A DNA stretch of 64,000 bases, taken from assembly GCA_030390025.1 (NCBI GenBank), contig CM059432.1, positions 33,792,001-33,856,000 on the forward strand, read 5' to 3'. The stretch comes from Squalus acanthias. Its lineage: Eukaryota. The position numbers were made by a program, and so were the translations under genes. Numbering within the stretch: the stretch's first letter is position 1; each line of letters starts with the position of its first letter. The notes beneath the pieces are model-generated. The model was given only the letters and a program-made list of their open reading frames with translations. It had not been told where the DNA came from and did not search any database. Below are positions 49,913 to 61,420 of this stretch, piece by piece.

Positions 49913-51718
49913 TCATTGGGTACTATTGGACGGGGCTGCGGCATCTGCGGGGCCGGTAGCAACTGCCACCCTTCCATGCGAAATCATGAGGGTGCGCATG
50001 GCTCCCAACATTGATTCGATCGTATCTGGATGGATAGGTGCACTAGCTCCCCTATCGGAGACAGGCGCCTGGGCTCGGACTGCGGGATTTTTATCCCTGG
50101 ACTCCTTCCAAGGGTTCCTGCAGTTCTTGCGCCAATGCCCTGTCTTCCCACACCCGTAACAAGCATTACTGGCCTGCGGGGCGCGATTTCCCTCCTGATG
50201 CTACTCCTTTTGAGCCGGGGCTGTGGGCCGCGCCTCATGCACCTTTCCCTTAAGGGGACGTGCTCCCGTACTCCTGGTATTACGGTACCCTACCGTGAGT
50301 CGATTTAGGACCGACTCCTCTGTAGTGGCGGGGTTAGTGGGATCAAACCACGCTTTGGCCTGCTCCCTGACGGCTGGCAAACTGTTGGCTACTATACACC
50401 TGAGCCAATGAGTTAAACCGACGCCGTCCAAATAGGCACGCGCTGGTGCGCCTGGGCAGCTACGCTGGTATACTGGCCACAGCCTGTCGGCGAAAACCTT
50501 CGGGGGTTCTCCCTCCATCTGCACTGTTTGTCCCAATCTAACGAACGGACCTTCATCGTCCGCTCCCAACACTTCCAGGACCTCGTCCCTCAATTCCCCA
50601 TAGGTATTATTTCCCCTCTTGCTCTCGTCTGAGAGACACTGAAGGATCGAGCTGTCTAATGAGAACAACAGCATTTTTGCTTTTTCCCCATCGTCGCAGC
50701 CGTTAATGGCTGCGGTTTGCTCTACCTCCCTGAAATGTACGGAAGGGTCGTCTGACTCGGCCAGCTTCCGTACGTGACTGATCATAACCCTCAGCTGGTG
50801 TGAGCTGTGAGGCAACACAAGCTGGTTGAGGAGATCCCCCTGTGCCCCACCGTCTCTGTTCGGGCCCCTCTTGATACCCGTGACCGGACACAACGGTCCC
50901 GGCTTCACTTCTACCTCAGTGGGCTCTTCCTCTACTTCTACCACTTCCTTCCTCACCCAGGTTGCCGAATAGCTGGGTGGCGCGGAGGGCACAGTGGCAA
51001 ATACCTCCTCTGCTTTGTTCGGTGGGGATTTCTGAAATTCCTCACCCACCAGCGGCTGGTGTGCTGACGGGCTGATAAGGCACACCATGCCGTGCGCTTT
51101 ATTCAGGGCCTTTTTAAGGTTCCCTATCTCTCTTTGGCAGACGCTGTGATCGGCCCCCTGATGTTTATCCTCGAGGGCCATCTTATATGCCGCCCTAACC
51201 CCCGTTAAGCTCTCTTCCTGGGCTTTTATTTGGGCAGCTAGGCGGGCACATCGTTTCTTTATTCTGCCCTCATTTAACTTTGCCTCAGTGACCTGGCACT
51301 CGAGGTAATCTATTTTCGCCTCATGGTGGTTGGCGACTAATTGGCGTTCTTGATGCAACGCATTTAAAGACGCGATGAGCTGCTGCCCCCCCGCGACCTT
51401 CTCGTCCATTTCCACCTCTAAACCCTTGATCTGAGCTGCCTGCGCTAAGATGACCTGGTCCGAAATTTGGACTTGTCTTTTATAGCACATCAGCCAGACC
51501 GCTTTCTCTACTGTTCTTTTATGTTCCTTGCTATCTGTCCACCTCACGGCTGCCTCTAGTGGACGCTTATCCACCAGCAGGTCACTTATCCATTTCTTAG
51601 TCAAATTCACTTTTCCAAACACATAATCTGCTATTCTCTCTTCCATGACATTTCGCCCATTCATACCAGGGTCTAACACATCATTTTCTCGCTGCCAGTG
51701 TCCCTTCGTGGTCGCCAT
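49913..51718 (-). pseudogene. gag: Gag (coiled coil, late domains, capsid, CCHC knuckle); premature TAG at 50201-50203, natural TGA at 49913-49915
   Basis: 505-aa ORF continues in frame past the TAG into CYGCGKTGHWRKNC; PSAPPSY and PTAP motifs. Confidence 0.9.
51700..51717 (-). promoter_or_regulatory. Primer binding site complementary to tRNA-Arg 3' end
   Basis: TGGCGACCACGAAGGGAC, 5 nt inside the 5' LTR boundary; matches the vertebrate tRNA-Arg(TCG) 3' end GTCCCTTCGTGGTCG-CCA as I recall it. Confidence 0.8.
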
Positions 51719-51722
51719 TATC

Positions 51723-53373
51723 TGTAAGGGGTGACCTGCGGCTCTGTGCTTAGCCTGGGTGCTAGTGCGAGGTTAGGCCTTGTTGCCTGTTCTGGTCTCC
51801 AGCCAGCCTGGTAACACTAGACACCTGTGAGTGGTTCGACCCACTCGCCCTTACGGTTCTGACACTGGACTTAGGTGCGAGAGCAATAATGCAGAGAAAA
51901 ACTCAGGTAGACCCGGTCGAATAGTGCGAAATGGAAAATCTTTATTGCATATTATTCAAGATTACGAGATACATGTCATAAGCACAGATTAATGACAGTA
52001 CAATCTTACACACAGTTATGTAACTAATTTTAGGGAAACGAGGAGCGCATGACACATCGTAAAAAGGGACACACATTATACTTATCCTTAAAACTTAAAC
52101 CCTCCCCTATCAATACCTGTCCTAATCTAGATTTGTAGGATCGAGACTCATGCTCACCACTCGTGATAACTCGGAGAATTCCGAAACTCTGCTCGGATGT
52201 TTTTACCGCAGCACCTGACTATCCACGTGCTGATCAGGGGTCTCTGTACCCCACTTGTTTACTCGTTTCTGCTCCGACTAGCAGGCTGGACCGTCTGCTG
52301 TCATGAAGATCTGTGTTGTCCTCGGAGTTCCGATACTACTCGAAAAAGAGTCTTCCTGTGCCCTCACCAGTTTGTAAAATTCAAAGAAAGGTCTTCCTGG
52401 GCAAGGAAGTGTTTATTCGACTTACAGGCACGGTCGGGGCTTACTGACCGTGGCGATGCGTATTGTCGTCTTCTTCTCTTCTCATCTCATCTCATCTCCT
52501 CTCGGGGCTTCGGTTCCAACACCGTTTACCGACTTTTCGGGATGGTGCGCCCGTTTCAAGGCCTCACAGCCCAGTTCTACACAGATCTTCGCGGCAAGCC
52601 ACAAGGTTGATCCTAGCGGATCAGAGTCCAGAGCCGTCAGGCAAGAGAATAAAAGTTCAACAGTCTTCCAGCGAGTCAAAACAGCAAGTGCAAGAAGAAG
52701 CAGAGACAGCAGTCAGCAGCAAGAGTAGCAAGCGAAGAGAGAGAGATGGACGGTTGTACCTTACAGTTATAGTGCTGTAATTCCTCTTTTCCCGCCCAAT
52801 CTTAATGTCTATCTTTTGTCAGGATTTTGGTGCTCAAACTTCTTGTATAGGGTGATCTCCGTTTTTAATGAGTTTCGGTGATACTTGTAACTGTCTGAGT
52901 ACCCGTTAATACTTCTCCCATTGTGGAACCGGCTAGTAGTCTCCCTGGTGGGGTTTGGGGGCTTCCAAATGCTTGCTGTGAGTACCCATGAATGGCTCTC
53001 TCATCGTAGAGCCGTGGGGATTTTGCATATTAATGTCTTTGGATGGGTCCTTGATCGCTCGGTACAATAGCCCTTATTCTCACCTGGGAGACCGATTCCA
53101 GTATTTATGTATAAAATGCAAACCCATCATGTCTTGTGAATTATCTCAAATGTGCTGAGTCCTGTACGATCTTGCACAAATGTTTATTGGAACGCCATCT
53201 TGTCTCCCCATTGAAAGTCTAGAACCTTCTGCCACGAGGCGTGGCGGCCATTTTACAGGCTGTTTGTGTCCGCTTTGAAACCTGACAGCATTCTGCTGAA
53301 ATAAAGCTGTTTGTACGAAACTTTATGTCTCCTTCTTATTTTATAAAATCGCGATAATTTTGCGAATTCTACA
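51723..53373 (-). repeat. ERV 5' LTR (1651 bp)
   Basis: TG..CA ends; candidate CCAAT/GC box at 52791-52800, TATAA at ~52768-52772, AATAAA at ~52412 and ~51941 (minus). Confidence 0.95.
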
Positions 53374-53377
53374 GTAA

Positions 53378-53607
53378 CCCCACGTATTTAATCCCCCTAA
53401 CACTAAGGGTCAATTTATCATAGCCAAATCAACCTAACCCGCACATCTTTGGACTGTGGGAGGAAACCGGAGCACCCGGAGGAAACCCACGCAGACACGG
53501 GGAGAATGTGCAAACTCCACACAGACAGTCACCCAAGGCTGGATTCGTACCTGGGTCCCTGGTGCTGTCAGGCAACAGTGCTAACCACAATGCCACCGTG
53601 TTGGCCC
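53378..53607 (-). mobile_element. V-SINE/HE1-like tRNA-derived SINE (head and V-domain)
   Basis: Minus strand tggcattgtggttagcac A box, then gtgtggagtttgcacattctccccgtgtctgcgtgggtttcctccgggtgctccggtttcctcccacagtccaaaga core. Confidence 0.88.
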
Positions 53608-53795
53608 ACAAACTGCTGTAGATGTGGGACAGTTGGAGCTTTCAAGACTGAGATCGATAGATTTTTTGTTGGGTAACGGTATCAAGGGACATGGAGCAAA
53701 GGCAGATAAATGGAGTTGAGATACAGATCAGCCATGATCTAATTGAATGGCAGAACAGGCTGGAGGGGCTGAATGGCCTACTCCTATTCCTATGT
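53608..53795 (+). mobile_element. CR1 3' end, right half
   Basis: ttcaagactgagatcgatagattttt..gaatggcctactcctattcctatgttc. Confidence 0.8.
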
Positions 53796-54149
53796 TCCCC
53801 CATTGTGTTCAAAATCACCTTATGCAGCATTATCCCCACTTCATAAGCTGCGCCATCCAAAGACTGTGGCCGGAATTTTCACCTTTGCATCGGGTTTGGT
53901 GCGTGCGGGTCCAAAATGCGATGTTCTGAGCAATGCGCTGCTCAGATCGACTTTCACCTAATGGCCCCAATTGAAAGAGTCATGCGCGTTTCCCGGCCCT
54001 ATTAAATGGTGCGGGTCTGATGACGTCATTGATGGCTCATTTCCAGCGCCCATATTCAAAGCAGCCTTTCACTGAACTCACTTGAAGGTTTCCAGAGGAG
54101 GGTGGAAGGTGTGAAAGAAAGGCCACAGGAGAGGTAAAACTTTTGAAAC

Positions 54150-55991
54150 ATGGATAGCCAAAGGCAGAGGGCTGCACCCCGGATCTCTGATTCTTCCTAG
54201 CTTACTCTTGTGGAGGCTGTCAGAACACGCAGGGAGATCCTCTTCCCTGATGACAGGCAAAGGAGACCTCCACAAGCTACTAAGAGAACCTGGCTGGATA
54301 TTGCTGAGGAGGTCAGCAGCAGGGATGTGGTCAGGAGGACCTTGGATACAGTGCAGGAAGCGCTTCAATGATCTCATGAAGTCAGGAAAGGTGAGTGCAA
54401 TGCCACACTCACCCTCATCCTGAAGTGCCTGTCACCACATCCCCATCACACTGCCTTCCCAAGCCTACTCCTGCACATCATTCCTCACACCAACATACCT
54501 TGCACATCCACCCATCCCTCTCTCTCTATGTACATACTCACATCCCCATCTGACCAACCACCCTCACACTCACCCTCATCCTAATGCAATCATACCAAGT
54601 AACACCACAGAAGGAAACCATTTGGCATTGGCACCCCACTCCCTCATAGCCACAGATGTAACCCATCCATTCCTTACACTCATTCCATCACTCTCACTCA
54701 AACTTCTCTTCTTTCCTTCCTTGCAGGAGAAGAGAGCCCACAACAACAGGGAGAGGCAGAGAATCGGAGGTGGCCCTCCAGTAATTACACATCTCACAGC
54801 AGCAGAGGAGGAGGCTCTGGAAATTTCGGAAGTTCGAGAGATGCTGGCGGTGGGAGACGGAGAGAGCAGCACATCCTAGCAACCTGGTGACAGAATCACA
54901 TCTCATAAAGCCACGTGGCATATAGCAGTCACCCATATGGTGACTGATGTCAGCAGCCAATGAAATGTCATCATGTGCATAATGGCAACGTTACCCATTC
55001 TTATTATAACACTTCGAATTCATCTCCTTACTCTTCCACAGGTCCATCAACTGCCCCCACCCCACTCACCACTGTCCAGCCGGAGGAGGAAGATGACTCC
55101 TCAGAGGAACCTCCAGCCTCTGAGGATCCAGCATCAGCAGACCCAAGCGCACCCACCACCAGCGCAGATACACACACCTGGGTGGGTTCTTTGCGCCATA
55201 GAGTAGAGTTGTCACCTGGTGTCTCACAATTCACAAGTGAGCAAGAGCAGATGGTGTTGACAGGGACAGCAGTGGAGACTCCTCACCAGAGGGCGCAAGA
55301 GGCTCCAAACTCTGCTGAGCTGCATGCAGACGCTGAGCCTCGGGGGCCATCGAGAAAGAGGGTGATTTTGGAGGGACAGCAACAATTGCATGAGGCTCTG
55401 ACATCTTTTGCAGCCGCGATGTTCATCTCCAACATGAGCACAACCATGTCACAGGCAATGGCAACGACGTGCTCCTCAATGGAAAGGATGGCCACCTGCA
55501 TGGAGCAGCAAATGAGCCACTCACATGAGCACATGCTAGCTGTGGACAACAAATGGCAGGCGCTCATAGACCTCCTCTCAAGGAAGGATGTAAACGTTGA
55601 CTTGGGCCTTCATCGCCCCACTGTTGTGCAGCAAGGTGCTCGCCAGCTCCTTGCTAGCAGGGAAGTGTGGGTGGCCCATGAGAGGGATGAAGGTGAGAGG
55701 GGACATGGAAGTGGGGGTTCTTCTCAAAGCGCTCCCACTTCTCCCCCGTTGCCTCCCCCTCAGTCAGAGCCCCAGATGCTTCCTTGGATCTGGGTTTTGG
55801 AGACTGTGATGGCCCCACTAAAGGAGCAGACTTTGGCGGGGCCATCACAGGCTCCAAAACCAAGAGGACACCCGTCAAAAGTGTCTACGCAGTCGCAGCC
55901 GGGAAGTGAGCAGCCGGCAACTACCTCTGCTGAAGCCACAGGGGTTGTACCTCGTAGAAGCACTCACAAACAAAAAATGATACAAAAGTAG
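54150..55991 (+). pseudogene. Harbinger Myb/SANT-like gene, 3 exons (54150-54390, 54727-54886, 55042-55991) with stops/frameshift
   Basis: QRAAPRISD..LVEAVRTRREILFP..WIQCRKRFNDL|gtgagt; EKRAHNNRERQRIGGGPP; same exon layout as element 38393-42680. Confidence 0.85.
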
Positions 55992-56273
55992 AGGCACAAG
56001 GATAACATGTGGCTGTATCAAAAAATGTTGGTGCTCAGTTTCAGTTGTTTTGATTACACAAATAAATGGTTTTCTTTTCACCACTTTCGGGTCTTGTCCA
56101 TTTTTGCCTCAAACCTTGGAAGTGGCTTTGCCACTTGGAGTGAATGATGTGACATTATTTAACCTCAAGCATTGGGCAGTTGGGTGAGAGCAATGGCTTG
56201 GTAATTGCAGGGATGCTTTATGTTGTTGTTGCGGGGGGGATCTTAGTAGAGCATGTGGCTGCATTGGAGCAAG

Positions 56274-58246
56274 TTAAGTAAATCTGGCCATGATGAGGCT
56301 CTCCCGGGCCTCCCAGGCAGCAATGTGTGCTGCTGCTGCTGGTGTCTGCATCTCAGCTTCATCCTCTGCATCTTCCACTGCTCGTTCTTCTCCTCCTCCT
56401 CCTCTGAAGCGGCTGTGTGCTGTGCGTCATGCTCCTCCTGCAGCTCCAATCCTCACTGCTGCACTATGTTGTGCAGCGCGCAGCAGATGACGATGATTCT
56501 GGAGACCCTGGCTCCAGTGCGTACTGAAGGGCTCCTCCAGATCTGTCAAGGCATCTGAAGCGCATCTTCAGCATGCCAGTTGCTTGTTCTATGACACATC
56601 TGTTGGAGACGTGGCTCTCATTAGAACGCTCCTTGGCCTCAGTACTTGGCCTCCTCAGGGGTGTCATGAGCCACGTCTTCAGTGGATAGCCCTTGTTTCC
56701 AAGCAGCCAGCCGGTAAGTCTGTTTGGAGGTGCGAAGAGCTGAGGGAGGGTGGACTGGCGCAGCACGAAAGAGTCATGACAGCTGACAGGGAATCTGGCG
56801 CACACATGCATAATCATCTTTTTATGAGGGAGTGGAAGCCTTTGCAGTTCACAAATACTCCTGGGTGATGATGGGGTGCCTTCGTGGCCACATGTGTGCA
56901 GTCGATGGCGCCCTGCGCCTGTGGGAAGCCAGCCAGAGCCGCAAAGCTGCGCACCCGCTCAGTAACACTGGCTTCATCGGTGGCAAAGTTGATATAATTG
57001 GCTGACTTGTGAAACATGGCGTCGGTTACCTTGGTGATGTATTTGTGGGCGGCCGACTGCAAGATCCTGCAAATGTCTGCTGCAGATCCCTGGAAGATGC
57101 CTGAGGCGAAGAAGCTGAGGGCGGTGGTGACTTTGCCAGCCACTGGTAAGGAGTTTCTACCAGGACCTCTGGGCAGCAGGTCTTGTTCCAGTAAGCTACA
57201 AATGTCTGCGACGACCTGGCACAATAACCTGAGCCTCCTGAAGCACTGCTGCTCAGTCATGTTGAGGAAGCTTATCCTCTGTCTATATACCCTGTGTTGG
57301 GGGTATCGCCTCCAGCGTGCTGCAGCCCTGTGGTGCCCCACTCTCTCCTGTGGAGCATCAGGTTATTGAGGAGAAGGCTGCTGTTGTGCTTGCTGCTGTT
57401 GTTGGTGTTGGTGGTGGGGCTCATCGTGGTCCGATTCTGAGGACCAAGGTGAGACAGTATGGGCTGGATTTTCAATGACCTGTGGAGTCGGGTTTGGAGG
57501 CGTGTGGGGGGTTAAAGTTGCGGGGTCGGGGGTCCCGACCCCATCCCGACTCCATCCCGCCTTCACGCAATTTTGACAAAATCGGTCGCGGAGTTCCCGA
57601 CTCCGTCCCGCCTCCAAGAGGCGGGAGAGGCCATTAAAGCCCTTAACAAGGCCTAAATTGGCTCTGTAATGCCATTTTGAAACATTTTAGCTAGTTTAAC
57701 CCTTTTCCGACGTGAAGTACGCCTGATGTGAAACACTCCAGTGAAACCTGGCAGGAGCACAAGTGGATAGCTGACTATCAGCTGCAGGTCCACTATTACA
57801 ACGGAGATGTGATGAAGGGTAGTAGTATTGTGATGAAGGTAGTAGTATTAGGTCTGAAAGTCACCTCTGATGCTGCTGCATGTCTTCAGAGACTGCCTGG
57901 CCTTGCTGTGAGAGGCCCTGGATGGAAAAAAAATTCTCTCTCTCTCACTGCTGCTGCTGCTGCTGCTCATTTTGCATCCAGGTCCACTCACACCAAAAGC
58001 CAGGCAGTCTCTGAGACCAGGCAGGCAGCCTCTGACCTGCAATGATGACATCATCAGAGGCGACTTTCAGACTGAAACCACTAATTGGTTCATGGGTTCC
58101 CACATGCTGGAACTCAATTACCCAATTAAGTGAAAATTGCATCATTCATCCACATTAATCTGGAGTCGGGGGGGCAACATGAAATGTGGCTAACACGACC
58201 CCAACCCGACCCCAAGATAAAATCCAGCCCTATAAGCGGCACCCAT
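56274..58246 (-). pseudogene. Harbinger transposase, frameshifted and interrupted by a MITE
   Basis: [40 protein letters not shown] split over several frames. Confidence 0.9.
57461..58230. mobile_element. Harbinger-type MITE (770 bp)
   Basis: Perfect TIR GGGCTGGATTTT, TSD TAT; removing it rejoins ATGGGTGCCGCTTATA to CTGTCTCACC of the transposase. Confidence 0.9.
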
Positions 58247-59049
58247 GCTGATGTTGTAGATGGCAGATCAAGTAGCGATCAGAGGGCCGATCCCTCAATG
58301 TTGTGATAGTGACTAGCAATGTGGTGAGAGTGGCTTCCGAGGTTGCGGAAATGACCTGCAAACTCCAGAAACCTAAATCTGTGCACTAAATGGAGTCAGC
58401 AACAGCCTTTCCCTTAGGCAACTAATGAGGTGTAGGGTGTGTGTATTTCTCTGGTATTCCCAGCTGTCCATTAATGCCCTCACACAATGGCACCTGAGCT
58501 TCCGCCTCCCCTTCACAGGCGAGGTTCCCGAGCTGCATTCTTCCAGTGCTCATGCCATTAAATTCAGAAGCTGCAGTTAAAAACCTCGGTAAGAGTCTGA
58601 TAAGAAGCATTTAATGAGTTTAATTAGGTCGGCCGCCTCTCCCGATCGGGTCCGTGACGCGCTGGCAAACGCGCCCGAGTTAAAGTTGTGAGGAGGCGGG
58701 ATGGCGGCGGGTTCCTGACGCGCTCCCTATTTTCACAATTTTTACAGCTGACCCACCTCCAAACCCGCACACACGGCAAGGGGAAAATTCCGGCCTGTGT
58801 TTTGTGCCTCCTCATTCTGTTCCTTTTACTTTATGTTTTTCATGACACTTCTTCTCCTGCTCCCCTTTCAGTGGGATAAAATGCCTTTGCAGTTTTTTCG
58901 ATGACTTTTAAGAATCTTATGCCTCCCTATGCAACCACATACCTTTAAATTTCATCTAAAGCATGACTTTCCAGTCCCCTCCCCAATCTGCACAAGGTCA
59001 AAGCTGTATGAGGAGTTATGAATTAATATGGAAATAAGTTGACCTATCG

Positions 59050-59505
59050 TGCTTGTGCCAGCTCTTTGAAAGAGCAATCCAATTAGTATCATTCCCCTAC
59101 TCATTCCCTTACAAAATTTTTCCTTTTCCATTATTTATCCAATTCCCTTTTGAAAGTTATTATTGAATCTGCTTCCACCACCCTTTCGGGCAGTGCATTC
59201 CAGATCCTAACAACCCACTGCATAGGAACATTTCTCCTCATCTCCCCTCTGTTTCATTTACCAATGATTTTAAATCTGTGTCCTCTGGTTACCGGTACTC
59301 CTGCCAGTGGAAACAGTTTCTCCTTATTTACTCTATCAAAACCTCTCTTAAATTTGAACACCTCTATGAAATCTCCCCTTAAGCTTTTCTGCTTTAAAGA
59401 AAACAATCTCAGCTTCTCCGGTCTCTCCACATAACTGAATTCTGTCATCCCTGGTATTATTCTGGTAAATCTCTTCTGCATCCTCTTCAAGGCCTTGACA
59501 TCCTT
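59050..59505 (-). mobile_element. CR1-like LINE 3' end
   Basis: KDVKALKRMQKRFTRIIPG..LRGDFIEVFK..TRGHRFK. Confidence 0.88.
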
Positions 59506-60316
59506 GAAAACTGAATTCAAATTCTCAAACTGCCACGTTCTCCAGTCCGGGCCTCTGGATTACTTGTTCAGTTACATAACTACCATAGTACTGTGCCCAT
59601 TTCAAAGTAATCCATTGTATGTGTAGTGCTTTGGACTGTTTCTGAGAGATGTGCTAAAATGTAAAACAAATGGCAGGCTTACTTTAGATGTGAAATTTTT
59701 ACTTGCCTTATTTGTTTTTGACATTGCTTTTCAAAATAACATCAGAGTCAAGTATCAGTGAAACTTGCTACAAGTGTTCAGCTCCAAATGATGGGATCAC
59801 TCCACTGTGTCTAAGAAAATAAATAAAATATGTCAGGAAATGGAAACTTTCATTTTGGGAGAATGTACAGTATCTCCATGGAAACAGTCTGTCTGCCGAC
59901 CCCACATGCCTTAAAAAAAATGTCCCTGTTATCTTTAACAATTCTTTCCTGTGCTTTCCTTGTCTGGATGGCAGCAGGAAACATTTCGTAAGTGGCTAAT
60001 AATAATCTCAGTTTAATAGGAAGTGGTAGGGCTTGGCAGAGCCACCGTCCCAGAAAGCCAGACTTGCTCATCAGTTTGTGTGTGGGAATCCTGGCCTTCT
60101 TTTGACGCCCTTTCCTAAAATCGCAGCCTGTTATGTTCCACTGGAGTCGAACCAGTTGATAATTAATAGGTAGTTCTGTCATGAAGCTCTGTGGATCATT
60201 GTTGCTGTTTTGGGGGGAGAGAGTGTTTGGTTGGTGATTGAAGATCGCGGGGGCAGATTTTTGCCTTCACTTCCTGGGCGGTAATCTAGCGAAGTAGATC
60301 GCTCACCCGTCGTAAA

Positions 60317-60593
60317 TGTGAAAGGTCAGATAGCCAGTTAGTGAAGGATAGAAGACTAGATCCTAGTCTTTAGTTGCTTAAAATCCTTTATTTACAGAAA
60401 CACACATTACATTCTGTGCACCCCCACCCCCAGATAAGCTTGCAACTCTTCCCTAGCCTACTCCCATATATATGTGCACAAGAGAGTCCCCAATTAATAC
60501 CCACCACCTGAATACAATTAACATCCAATTGCTATACACCACTTGAATACAATTAACATCCAATTGCTATACACCACTTGAATACAATTAACA
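60317..60593. repeat. Possible solo LTR containing a 35-bp x2.5 tandem repeat (60502-60593), inserted in a small MITE
   Basis: TGT..ACA ends, imperfect flanks GTAAA/GAAAA; surrounding cttcctgggcggtaatct / agattactgcccaggaag are inverted. Confidence 0.45.
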
Positions 60594-60779
60594 GAAAAGG
60601 CCGCTCAATTTTCATCCCAATCAATGAACATCAGGCGGATTCTACAGCGGGCAAGCAACCCCTTTCATCAGATTACTGCCCAGGAAGTTACTGTCAGCTG
60701 TATTTATATGAACGATGGCAGAAATCCCGGCATACGGGGCTTCAGAAAGTAAGAGGCCATGATAAGAGTGAAAAAAAAC

Positions 60780-61140
60780 TTGCTTTTACATAGTACCTTT
60801 TCACATCTCAGAAACATCTCAAAGTGCTTCACGTACAAGTTACGTTGAAGAAAGGTTGTTATGCAGGTAAACTCAGTGGCCATTTGCACACAGACCTCAC
60901 AACAACATCTTACACAAATGACAACAAAATGAATGATGGGGAGAATGTTGACCAAACAGTAGGAAAACTGTTTTTATTTGAACAGTACCATATCTTGAAC
61001 ACCAACCTGAACCGCCAGAGCAGGAGATGAAGCCCCAGTTGAACGCCTCATCCTTTGACAGTGCAGCACTCCCACAGTACTGCACTGGAGTGTCAGCTTA
61101 GATCATAAGCTATAGTCCTGGATTTGGGTTTGAACCCATA
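60780..61140 (-). mobile_element. Degenerate SacSINE-like SINE
   Basis: gacagtgcagcactcccacagtactgcact is the reverse complement of the SINE core. Confidence 0.65.
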
Positions 61141-61186
61141 ACCATCCACCTTACATTGGGTTGCACAGAATCGGTGTTATGAACAA

Positions 61187-61420
61187 ACACATCAGGAAAC
61201 ACTTCTTCACACAAAGGGTAGAGGAAATCTGGAACTCTCTCCACCAAAAGGCTGTGGATGCTTGGCCAAGTGGAGCTTTCAAGAATGAGATCGATAGATT
61301 TTTGTTGGGTAACGGTATCAAGGGATATGGAGCAAAGGCGGATAAATGGGATTCAGGTACAGATCAGCCATGATCTATAGAATGGTGGTACAGGCTGGAG
61401 GGGTTGTTCCTATATTCTTA
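61187..61420 (+). mobile_element. CR1 3' end
   Basis: RKHFFTQRVEEIWNSL..AFKNEIDRFL. Confidence 0.85.

Larger units (their letters stand above)
36953..53373 (-). mobile_element. Endogenous retrovirus, lokiretrovirus-like (LTR-gag-pol-env-LTR), with nested Harbinger
   Basis: TG..CA LTRs at 36953-38044 and 51723-53373, 4-bp TSD GTAA (36949-36952, 53374-53377), PBS, PPT, gag/pol/env ORFs. Confidence 0.95.
53868..58795. mobile_element. Second full-length Harbinger transposon, decayed, with nested MITE
   Basis: Perfect 13-bp TIR GGCCGGAATTTTC, TSD TGT (53865-53867, 58796-58798). Confidence 0.93.

Noticed and set aside
50201..50203. TAG as the natural gag stop or an amber readthrough site
   Set aside because: It lies upstream of the zinc knuckle, so it is more likely a mutation; the TGA-CTAG just before protease fits the natural junction.
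52197..52780. ORFs within the LTR (also 37427-37741) as accessory genes
   Set aside because: Antisense to the virus, no recognisable domains, and duplicated only because they lie in the LTR.
59850..60182. 110-aa ORF in unique sequence
   Set aside because: No recognisable motif or clear splice structure; length compatible with chance.
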